Positions 1 to 7,277 of a stretch of 64,000 nucleotides of DNA are shown piece by piece. Origin of the DNA: Butyrivibrio sp. (GTDB lineage: Bacteria > Bacillota > Clostridia > Lachnospirales > Lachnospiraceae); contig JAFSYF010000153.1 of the NCBI GenBank assembly GCA_017443695.1, positions 1,662 through 65,661 of the forward strand, given 5' to 3'. The number at the start of each line of letters is the position of its first letter. The stretch's first letter is position 1. The translations under genes were made by a program, and so were the position numbers. Under the pieces are notes generated by a model that made no database searches, had not been told where the DNA came from, and saw nothing but the letters and a program-made list of their open reading frames with translations.

Positions 1-62
1 ATTGCCTCGGGATTTACTACAGGTACGTTTTGAACTACAGTTACGTTGTCTTGTTGGCTCAT
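1..62 (-). CDS. 5' end of a hypothetical protein running off the left edge (MSQQDNVTVVQNVPVVNPEA...)
   Basis: AGAAAGGAGG SD at ~75-84 on minus strand; ATG at 62 opens a frame to the window edge; the closer ATG at 70 gives only MKS-stop. Confidence 0.5.
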   Translation of the reverse strand, partial: MSQQDNVTVVQNVPVVNPEA

Positions 63-200
63 GATTTCATGATACCTCCTTTCTATGATTTTTCCATAGT
101 ACAGGAGATATCAATCGAGTAGGGGAGATTTTTCGACCCTACTCGCGCGCGAGCCGCCCGTCACCGAAGGTGACATCTTCCAATAGGCGGCTCTGTGCAT

Positions 201-245
201 AAAAAAATCGAAATCCACGGAGTGCATGGCTCTGGATTGAACCGA
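201..245 (-). terminator. intrinsic terminator of the surface-protein mRNA
   Basis: AATCCA-GAG..CTC-CG-TGGATT stem followed by U7 (A-run 201-207 on +). Confidence 0.65.
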
Positions 246-247
246 AA

Positions 248-291
248 ACCCTGACAACTGTATCACATGTGGATCGGATGGAGATGCTTCA
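248..291. repeat. left arm (3'UTR) of ~44-bp imperfect inverted repeat flanking the surface protein gene
   Basis: 249-286 CCCTGACAACTGTATCACATGTGGATCGGATGGAGATG versus reverse complement of 2878-2915 CCTTGACAACTGTATCATGTGTGGATCCGGATGAGATG. Confidence 0.9.
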
Positions 292-328
292 ACTAAGTTT
301 CCGGTAACTGTTCAGAATTACTGCTGTT

Positions 329-2842
329 TCATTTCGCTACTGTCGCGTTGTTCTTCACCTTGGTGGCGCCCGCCTTCTTCAGCTGGCTTGCAGCACTGCT
401 TGTGAAGCTTCCGCCGACCGCCAATGCCTTGGCGTTGGTTTTCTTCATCGCGTTCTTACCAACGGTTGTTAATGCAGCCGGCTGATAGAAATAGATCTTC
501 TTGGCCCTGGACGCCTTCCATGCCGCTTTGCCGATGGTATTTACAGAAGCTCTGACATGGATCACCTTATAATCGCCCCTCTTAAACGCACTCTCCTGAA
601 TCGAGGTTACCGCATAACCTTCGATGGTCTCAGGGATGGTCAGGGTATTGCCGGCCACCGTCGCACCTGTCACAATGACGGTGAGATCTGTATCGAGGAT
701 ACCATTCACGCCATTCTCAGAGACGGCGTCGCCGGCTTTCTTCTCAGGCTCCGGCTCCGGTGCAGGTGTTGCTCCGCTGACAGTGACCTTCAGGTCGGAC
801 CTCACCGACAGATCCCCATACGCATACACGGTGACGGTTGTGGTGCCCTCCTTCAGGCCACGAAGCGTGATGGTGGAGGTTGTCTCACCGACACCCCTCA
901 CGCCATTCGTCATGGTGCCATAGGGTGCTCTGCCGCCAATGGCCGCCACCTCAGCGATGGTCGGATCATTCACTTCGACCTTCACCGCCGCAACCGTAAC
1001 CGAATCCTTGGTCTTAACGCCCCTGGCGTCCGTCTTGTTCGGAACCACTTCCGCATTGAAGGTCACCAGATCGCCGATGGTGGTGATCAGAACCTCAGCG
1101 GATGACAGGTTGATGGCGGTGGGCGCGATCGCCCCCTCATAGGTGGCCAGAACGCTGACCACACCGTACCTGCCGGCACCGTCGATCAGATAGATATCGT
1201 AATAGTCGGCTGCCGTTTTGCCGATGATCTGAATATCCAGCGTGTTGCTGCCGGAACCGATCATTCTGAGGCCGGCAATACCAGGCACATTTGCGCTGAC
1301 CCCTTTGCCGGGGACAGCCGTTGTGTTTGCATTACTCAGATCAATGTCTTCGGCACCGTTTGCCACCACCAGAAACCGCTTAATCTCATCCTTGGCTCCA
1401 TTTGACTTCGTCAATGTCATCGTCGCCTTGTCCGCGCCTGTGGTACCTGTGCCCATGGTGATCGTGTCCTTATCAATCTTTGCATTCACCGATCCGCCCG
1501 GATTCACGGTGACGACGAGTTTCCGAGGACCCACCTTCGTTATACCGTCGATGACAGCCGTACACCAGATGTATGCCTCACCGGCATACCCCTCATCGGA
1601 TACATAGAACCGGAACGTCGAGGTATCGGTGGAGATCTCCTCCTGTGTCAGGATCTTCTTCGCTTCTGCAGCCGCTGTGTCGAGTACTGTAAAATCATCC
1701 GTGTTGGTGGTTCTCCAGGTATACTTAACATTCTCCGCCTTGTACGCAGGATCATCCGGAGAGCTCACATATGCGGACACCTCATATATGGTCTGGTCGG
1801 TAGACTCAACCTCCATCTCAAAGAATCCGGTGGTGGTGTTCTCCTTCTCAGACAGATATAACTGGTTTGTTCTGGTATTCCTTGTGATCTTGATCGTCAC
1901 TTTGGCAAAACCGGTGACCTGATACTCTTCGCCGGCAGCCGTATACGAACCATCCAGCGCCTTCTGCGCCTGAATCCTCGCCGCATTCGGTGTCATGGTC
2001 GCCTCGGCATATACATACAACACCGCTTCCTTATCCGCCTTGACGGCATCGGGTGTCGCAAGTTCCACGCTGATCTGCCTGGCGCCCGCTGACAATTCCT
2101 TCCTTGCGGTGGCGTTGTCTACAAATTCCGTCGCATCTGCCGCATTGCTGGCTGTCACCGCCCATCCGGCGGTGGCATCTGCCCATGTTCCTTCACGATA
2201 CAGCGCATCGATCTGCATGGTACCGGGCTTTAATTCGAAACCTGCCGCCCCGTCACTCTCCACATTGCTCAGGCTGATCTCCGCCGTCGTCTTGCCGTTT
2301 CCGCCCAATGTGATCTCAGAGGCTGTCAATGTCACACCCCTGGATGTTTTGGTTCCGGCGTTCACCGTCACCTTCACCGCGTAGGTATTCACCAGTGTGT
2401 CAGCGCCTGCCGCCGAGGTATCGTATGCCTTCACCGTCACCGCCTCCATGTGTCCGGCAGGCGCATCCGACGGCACCGTAAACTTCAGATCCGCACCATT
2501 TGCCCAGACAGGCACACCATTCGTATCCTTCGTTGTCCAGTCGACAGAGGGCTTAAGCAGTGTTCCGGAGGACTCGGCCACGAGCTTCGAGGTCTGTGTC
2601 CCGCCTGCCACAGGCAGATGGATCTCCATGGCCTCACCTTTCTCCAGTGTGATCGTGTCCGGCGCCGCCGGCGTCCCAGCATTATTGGTCAAATTCGTTC
2701 CAAGTGCACTTGTTCCTGTCGCACCGGCCACAGTGATTGTCGTCGCTGCATGCGCTATGCCACTGTTCAGCGCTAATCCGTTAAAGCCGGAAAGCACAAT
2801 GGCCCCTGCTGTAAGCAGGCTCAAAAACTTCGTTTTCTTCAT
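329..2842 (-). CDS. secreted S-layer-like/cell-surface protein: signal peptide, Ig-like repeats, PEPEPE linker, C-terminal BspA-type LRR (LRR_5)-like domain
   Basis: MKKTKFLSLLTAGAIVL...AHA signal peptide; Ala/Thr/Gly/Val-rich beta content; 'TIPETIEGYAVTSIQESAFK...TIGKAAW...TVGKNAM' LRR-like tail; consensus promoter. Confidence 0.75.
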   Translation of the reverse strand: MKKTKFLSLLTAGAIVLSGFNGLALNSGIAHAATTITVAGATGTSALGTNLTNNAGTPAAPDTITLEKGEAMEIHLPVAGGTQTSKLVAESSGTLLKPSVDWTTKDTNGVPVWANGADLKFTVPSDAPAGHMEAVTVKAYDTSAAGADTLVNTYAVKVTVNAGTKTSRGVTLTASEITLGGNGKTTAEISLSNVESDGAAGFELKPGTMQIDALYREGTWADATAGWAVTASNAADATEFVDNATARKELSAGARQISVELATPDAVKADKEAVLYVYAEATMTPNAARIQAQKALDGSYTAAGEEYQVTGFAKVTIKITRNTRTNQLYLSEKENTTTGFFEMEVESTDQTIYEVSAYVSSPDDPAYKAENVKYTWRTTNTDDFTVLDTAAAEAKKILTQEEISTDTSTFRFYVSDEGYAGEAYIWCTAVIDGITKVGPRKLVVTVNPGGSVNAKIDKDTITMGTGTTGADKATMTLTKSNGAKDEIKRFLVVANGAEDIDLSNANTTAVPGKGVSANVPGIAGLRMIGSGSNTLDIQIIGKTAADYYDIYLIDGAGRYGVVSVLATYEGAIAPTAINLSSAEVLITTIGDLVTFNAEVVPNKTDARGVKTKDSVTVAAVKVEVNDPTIAEVAAIGGRAPYGTMTNGVRGVGETTSTITLRGLKEGTTTVTVYAYGDLSVRSDLKVTVSGATPAPEPEPEKKAGDAVSENGVNGILDTDLTVIVTGATVAGNTLTIPETIEGYAVTSIQESAFKRGDYKVIHVRASVNTIGKAAWKASRAKKIYFYQPAALTTVGKNAMKKTNAKALAVGGSFTSSAASQLKKAGATKVKNNATVAK

Positions 2843-2872
2843 CTTGATTCCCTTTCAGATTCGCATAAAATG

Positions 2873-2916
2873 TAAAACATCTCATCCGGATCCACACATG
2901 ATACAGTTGTCAAGGT
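2873..2916. repeat. right arm (5'UTR) of the ~44-bp inverted repeat flanking the surface protein gene
   Basis: complementary to 248-291 with five G-U pairs and two 1-nt bulges on the minus-strand RNA. Confidence 0.9.
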
Positions 2917-2920
2917 GCTC

Positions 2921-2946
2921 ACCGGCGATTCGATCGATTCGCCGAT
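2921..2946 (-). promoter_or_regulatory. 5'-terminal hairpin beginning at predicted +1
   Basis: AUCGGCGA-AUCGAUCGAA-UCGCCGGU; its first base lies 7 nt after the -10 box. Confidence 0.65.
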
Positions 2947-2952
2947 AGTTTC

Positions 2953-2980
2953 ATTATACACATTACCCTACCCATGTCAA
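2953..2980 (-). promoter_or_regulatory. consensus sigmaA promoter for the surface protein gene
   Basis: TTGACA-N16-TATAAT on minus strand. Confidence 0.85.
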
Positions 2981-3018
2981 GTCGTATTTACACTTCCCAA
3001 TGATCAGCATTGCTGTGC

Positions 3019-3096
3019 GATTCCGGGAGCGTGTTACAGACGGCCTGCTCGCGCTGTCGCAAGCTCGCGAACCGTCCGCAACACGCTCCCGGAATC
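3019..3096. repeat. long hairpin with conserved apex (REP-like family member)
   Basis: GATTCCGGGAGCGTGTT...AACACGCTCCCGGAATC 17-bp perfect basal stem; apex 3047-3069 matches 17203-17226 in reverse orientation. Confidence 0.7.
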
Positions 3097-3119
3097 CAAC
3101 TGCCAATGGAAACTGCGTA

Positions 3120-3156
3120 GCAAAATCCCACTGGCATAAATGCCAGTGGGATTTGC
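3120..3156. terminator. perfect hairpin downstream of htrA, probable terminator
   Basis: AAATCCCACTGGCAT-AA-ATGCCAGTGGGATTT, with T-run on the minus strand. Confidence 0.6.
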
Positions 3157-3222
3157 CTGTCGAGTACTGTTTATCTGTTCCTGTTCACGGAGACCGTGAA
3201 CGGGTTCGATCCTCTGCGCGGA

Positions 3223-5259
3223 TCAGCCGCCGAAATGATACTCCCAGGTACGGTTGCCGTTCTCATCCTCATAGTAGTTCCAGCTGCCGTTCCCGTCAGA
3301 GCCGCTCCCCGACCCGTCAGGGAAGTTGAAGTTGAAGCCCGGGAAGCCCGGCATCTGGAAGCTGTCGCCTGAGCCCCAGCCGCTGCCGCTGCCATTGCCG
3401 CCGGGGAATGCACCATCATACTGATCCCCGCGCTCTCCCGCATTCTCATCTGTCGATGCCGTGCTGGCAGAACTCCCCAGCGTCACCTGGGCATCTCCAT
3501 AGCGGTAACCGGTGCCGTCCTGTCTGGCGATCCGGAGTGTGACGGTCTGTCCGGCGGCATAGTATTCCAGACGCTTCTGCAGGTCATCCATGGAGGTGAT
3601 CTCCTCGCCGTCCATCCGGGTGATCACATCCCCCTTCTGAATGCCGGCTGCGGATGCGCTCTCGCCGATGACCTCCGCCACATAGACACCCTGCGGCATA
3701 CCGTAGGCCTGTGCGACACTGGAGGTGACACTGACGCCGGAGATCCCGATATAGCCCCTCTTCTCCGCCGCTACGCGGATCTTGGTCTGCTCATTCATCA
3801 GCTTCTCAATGATCGGCTGTGCCGTCGAGATCGGGATGGCGTAGCCCATACCCTCCACTGCAGAGCCACCGATCTTGTTGGAGTTGATCCCGATGACCTC
3901 CCCCTGGATATTCAGGAGGGCGCCACCGGAGTTGCCAGGGTTGATGGCCGCATCGGTCTGGATGAAGAATTCCGAGTCCTTGCCGATCTCGCTGTCATCC
4001 AGCTCGATGGCACGATTCAGCGCACTGACCACACCGGTGGTGACGGACTGTCCATAGCCCAGGGCATTGCCGATGGCGATGGCAGGCTCTCCCACCGTCA
4101 GCGCATTGGAGTCGCCCAGTGTAGCGATGGAGATCGCCGAGGCTGTCTGTGCCGGGATGTCGGCGAGCTGTACCGCGATCACCGCCAGATCCATACCGGA
4201 ATCCGTGCCCTTCACCGCTGCCTCAATGGTGTCGTCATTGACGAAGATGACCTCCAGGGAATCCGCCCCCTCCACCACATGGTAGTTCGTTGCGATGAGG
4301 AGCTCCGTGTCGTTCTTGCCCACGATGATGCCGGAGCCGGAGGCTGTCTGTTCCTCGGAATAGACCTGTCCGAAGTACCGGGCCGACATGGTGTAATTGT
4401 TGTGGATCGCTACGATGGCGGGCATCACGGCCTGTACCACCTGTGTCACATCCGTTACCACCGCCGTGATCTGATCACTCTTCGTGGTTGTGGTGCCGAT
4501 GGCGTTGCCGATTTCGGAAACATCAGCCTGCTCTTCCTGTGCAGCCTCCGGCGCTTCGTCCTCTTCCTCGTCCTGTGCGTCATCCTTGTCCCAGATCATA
4601 CCGCCATGGCCTTTGTCGTCGGTTCCCTTGTCCGCCTGAGACAACTCAGTATCCTTGCTCGACGATGAACCCACCTGGATACGGATCTGATGGCGGTGTG
4701 TGCCGATGTAAGCCGCACCGACCACCACACAGAGGATCGCCGCGATCGCCAGGATCGTCACCACCTTCATGCCGTTCCTATTCTTCTTAGTCGGCTGTGC
4801 AGAGGAATCGCCCTGATTCCAGCCGCCGGTCGGGCCGTTCCCGGTGGGCGGTACATACCCGCCGTACTGGGTACCGTAGGTGTTACTGCTGCTCTGCGTA
4901 CCATAACAGCTGCCGCTGTTGTGGCTGTTGCTCTGCGTGGTCTGCTGGCTGCCATAGGTCGGCTGCCCGTAGGTCTGCGTGGTCTGCCCGTAGGTGCCGG
5001 TGGTCTGACCGTAGGTGCCGGTGGTCTGACTGCCGTAAGCCGGACTGCCGTAGGTCGGACGATCCGTCTGGAAAGCGGTACTGCCCGTTCCATTCGTGGT
5101 CTGGTTCTGTGCGTGGTAGACCGTCTGACCCTGGTCATTGACCACATCGCCCTGCATATGCTCTACCGGGTTCTGCGTTGTCTCCTGGCTGTAGCCATTG
5201 GCTGCGCCGCCGTAGGTGCTGTTCGTTCCCTGTCCGTCTCTCGTGTATTCTTCCATCAT
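3223..5259 (-). CDS. htrA: HtrA/DegP-family membrane-anchored serine protease (trypsin-like + PDZ)
   Basis: 'ASGSGII', 'TNYHVV', 'DLAVI', 'IQTDAAINPGNSGG' motifs, PDZ domain, one TM helix; SD GAGGAGG. Confidence 0.93.
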   Translation of the reverse strand: MMEEYTRDGQGTNSTYGGAANGYSQETTQNPVEHMQGDVVNDQGQTVYHAQNQTTNGTGSTAFQTDRPTYGSPAYGSQTTGTYGQTTGTYGQTTQTYGQPTYGSQQTTQSNSHNSGSCYGTQSSSNTYGTQYGGYVPPTGNGPTGGWNQGDSSAQPTKKNRNGMKVVTILAIAAILCVVVGAAYIGTHRHQIRIQVGSSSSKDTELSQADKGTDDKGHGGMIWDKDDAQDEEEDEAPEAAQEEQADVSEIGNAIGTTTTKSDQITAVVTDVTQVVQAVMPAIVAIHNNYTMSARYFGQVYSEEQTASGSGIIVGKNDTELLIATNYHVVEGADSLEVIFVNDDTIEAAVKGTDSGMDLAVIAVQLADIPAQTASAISIATLGDSNALTVGEPAIAIGNALGYGQSVTTGVVSALNRAIELDDSEIGKDSEFFIQTDAAINPGNSGGALLNIQGEVIGINSNKIGGSAVEGMGYAIPISTAQPIIEKLMNEQTKIRVAAEKRGYIGISGVSVTSSVAQAYGMPQGVYVAEVIGESASAAGIQKGDVITRMDGEEITSMDDLQKRLEYYAAGQTVTLRIARQDGTGYRYGDAQVTLGSSASTASTDENAGERGDQYDGAFPGGNGSGSGWGSGDSFQMPGFPGFNFNFPDGSGSGSDGNGSWNYYEDENGNRTWEYHFGG
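4955..5055 (-). repeat. degenerate ~21-bp tandem repeat encoding YGQTTGT units in the HtrA N-terminus
   Basis: GTGGTCTGCCCGTAGGTGCCG / GTGGTCTGACCGTAGGTGCCG / GTGGTCTGACTGCCGTAAGCC. Confidence 0.75.
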
Positions 5260-5344
5260 CTGGCCTCCTCTCGTCAGAGTAATTGCTCAGGGCGGCACCC
5301 TGTTATTCGGTGACCGTGCCCTGTTTTTGTCATCCTATGGGCAC

Positions 5345-5377
5345 AGTGTACCTTCGCAACCTAAACAGTACCTTAAT
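5345..5377 (-). promoter_or_regulatory. putative htrA promoter with OmpR-family (CiaR/CssR-like) direct-repeat box
   Basis: ATTAAG-N5-GTTTAG-N10-TACACT on minus strand; no canonical -35. Confidence 0.5.
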
Positions 5378-5386
5378 CATTTCCGA

Positions 5387-5415
5387 TTGATTTCACAGCA
5401 TATTTCACTTATAAT
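5387..5415 (+). promoter_or_regulatory. sigmaA promoter of putative antisense antitoxin RNA
   Basis: TTGATT-N17-TATAAT with no ORF before a terminator. Confidence 0.7.
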
Positions 5416-5421
5416 GAATCT

Positions 5422-5528
5422 GACAAGACAGCCGATAAGGGAGGTCTGGACTCCCCGCCCCGGCGATTAGCAGTGACTTAAGTAAGCCGCCTACTCCCCG
5501 CGAAGAGACAAGGCGGCTTGCTTATTTC
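5422..5528 (+). ncRNA. putative type I antitoxin sRNA (~105 nt), convergent with toxin gene
   Basis: promoter at 5387-5415; 14-bp terminator stem TAAGTAAGCCGCCT/AGGCGGCTTGCTTA (5479-5524) plus T-tail overlapping the toxin stop codon. Confidence 0.6.
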
Positions 5529-5599
5529 CTGGTATTCAATACTCCAATGATCACTAACATAAATGTCAGAACCACCATCAATATCTCATAATCACTCAT
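5522..5599 (-). CDS. 25-aa hydrophobic peptide, putative type I (holin-like) toxin MSDYEILMVVLTFMLVIIGVLNTRK
   Basis: GGAGG SD 7 nt before ATG; single TM helix, acidic N-terminus, basic C-terminus; AT-rich; below the ORF-track cut-off. Confidence 0.72.
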   Translation of the reverse strand: MSDYEILMVVLTFMLVIIGVLNTRK

Positions 5600-5702
5600 A
5601 AGCATACCTCCATTCCACAAGACCGGAACGGGGGTGCCACCCTATCGGCTGCCCTGTCAGGCACACTATACACTTATCAAGGTGCATTTATAGTCTATCA
5701 CA

Positions 5703-7277
5703 TCAATACTGGAAATATAAGAAACTACTCACGCCCCCCAAGGACAGGATCCCCGCCGCGAGGAGCAGTCCATACCCCGCCATGACGAGCCGATGGCCGC
5801 CGGCGTCGCGCCCTTCCTCCCCGTCTGCCAGCGGACACAGCCGCTCCGCGATCTGATACGCGCACGGCTTCGACAGGACGAGGGCGCTGATCGCCAGGAG
5901 TGCCACCCAGGTACCCACGCGGATCCAGTCCGCCATGCCGGGCGCGGCGAGCTTCGCCGCCTGCAGCAGGATGTAATTCTCCGGCAGCTCCATCTCCCGG
6001 GCGATGATAAAGAGATACCCCGGCCAGGCCGGTCTCGCCAGCTGGCGGAAATACGCAAGCGCCCTAGACAGATCATCGGACCGGAAGAAGATCAGGGAGA
6101 GTACAAACATGGCAAAGGTCCACGCCACCCCAAGCGCCCTGGGGATCACGATGCGCGGCGGGCGATGCCCCGACCTCTCATCCCGCACCCCAACAAGTCC
6201 CAGATCATCCCAGATCACTAAGAGCCCCTGCATGAGCCCCCAGCAGAGATAGGTCCAGCCCGCGCCGTGCCAGATCCCCGAGAGCAGGAACACCACGAGG
6301 ACGTTTGCCAGCATCCGTCCCCGTCCCCGCCTGCTGCCCCCCAGCGGGATATAGACATAGCGGATGAAGAAATCGGACAGCGTCATATGCCAGCGCTGCC
6401 ACAGCTCGCGGGGACTGGCCGCCTGGTAGGGCGCACGGAAGTTGGCCGGCAGGTCGATCCCCAGCATGCAGCTGATCCCCTCCGCCATGTCGCAGTACCC
6501 GCTGAAATCGAAATAGAGCTGGAACGTATAGGACAGCAGCACCAGCACCGCCGTCAGACTGTCCAGGAAATAGGTATGGAAGAACCCCACATCCGTCACC
6601 CGGCCCAGCGCATCCCCCAGTAACACCTTCTTGGAGAGGCCGATGGTGAACAGCAGCAGCCCCCGCTGCAGCCTCCTGCGATCGAAACGGTGACGGGCGG
6701 GGTCCCGGAGCTGTCTGATAAACGGCCCGCAGCGCATGATGGGACCCTGCAGCACCTTGGGGAAATACAGCACATAGCAGAGATATGGCAGAAACGCCGG
6801 CTGCGCCAGAGGATCCCGCTCCGACCCCTGCGCCGTCCGGTACCGGTCCGCCAGGAAGCTGATCAGCCCGAAGGCATAGAAGCTGATCCCGATGGGCAGC
6901 AGCACCTCCCGCAGGGGGATCGCCGTATGGAACAGGAGATTCAGGTTCTCCGCAGTGAAGTTATAATATTTGTAATATAGCAGGAGCCCCAGCTGCACCA
7001 GCACGCCGGCCGCCAGGAGACACCGGTCCGGCCCCCTGCCTCTCCCCATCCCGGCACCGAGCAGGTAGACGATCAGGGCATCCGCCACCAGTAACCCCAG
7101 GAAAAAAACGGAGAACCGCCCGTAGAACACCGCAGACATCCCCAGCAGAAACAACAGCGGCAGGCTGCCCGCCTCTGTACGCATACCCCGCGCACCGACC
7201 AGCCGCCACAGCAGATACCACCCCGCCACCATGAACGGCAGAAACAGACAGATGAAGCTGTAGGAGTGAAAAATCAC
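5703..7277 (-). CDS. MBOAT family O-acyltransferase (AlgI/DltB-like)
   Basis: 'LPIGISFY', 'YFDFSGYCDMA', 'WQRWHMTLS..F..YVYIPLGG', 'SGIWHGAGW' motifs. Confidence 0.93.
   Translation of the reverse strand: MIFHSYSFICLFLPFMVAGWYLLWRLVGARGMRTEAGSLPLLFLLGMSAVFYGRFSVFFLGLLVADALIVYLLGAGMGRGRGPDRCLLAAGVLVQLGLLLYYKYYNFTAENLNLLFHTAIPLREVLLPIGISFYAFGLISFLADRYRTAQGSERDPLAQPAFLPYLCYVLYFPKVLQGPIMRCGPFIRQLRDPARHRFDRRRLQRGLLLFTIGLSKKVLLGDALGRVTDVGFFHTYFLDSLTAVLVLLSYTFQLYFDFSGYCDMAEGISCMLGIDLPANFRAPYQAASPRELWQRWHMTLSDFFIRYVYIPLGGSRRGRGRMLANVLVVFLLSGIWHGAGWTYLCWGLMQGLLVIWDDLGLVGVRDERSGHRPPRIVIPRALGVAWTFAMFVLSLIFFRSDDLSRALAYFRQLARPAWPGYLFIIAREMELPENYILLQAAKLAAPGMADWIRVGTWVALLAISALVLSKPCAYQIAERLCPLADGEEGRDAGGHRLVMAGYGLLLAAGILSLGGVSSFLYFQY

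Noticed and set aside
108-200. Functional group II intron
   Set aside because: No GUGYG 5' end, no room for domains I-IV, no RT, branch A not bulged; kept only as a weak resemblance
248-2916. IS/transposon terminal inverted repeats
   Set aside because: No transposase inside, no target-site duplication seen, and mismatches are G-U biased on the transcript
4955-5055. CRISPR-like repeats
   Set aside because: In-frame coding tandem repeats without unique spacers; no cas genes
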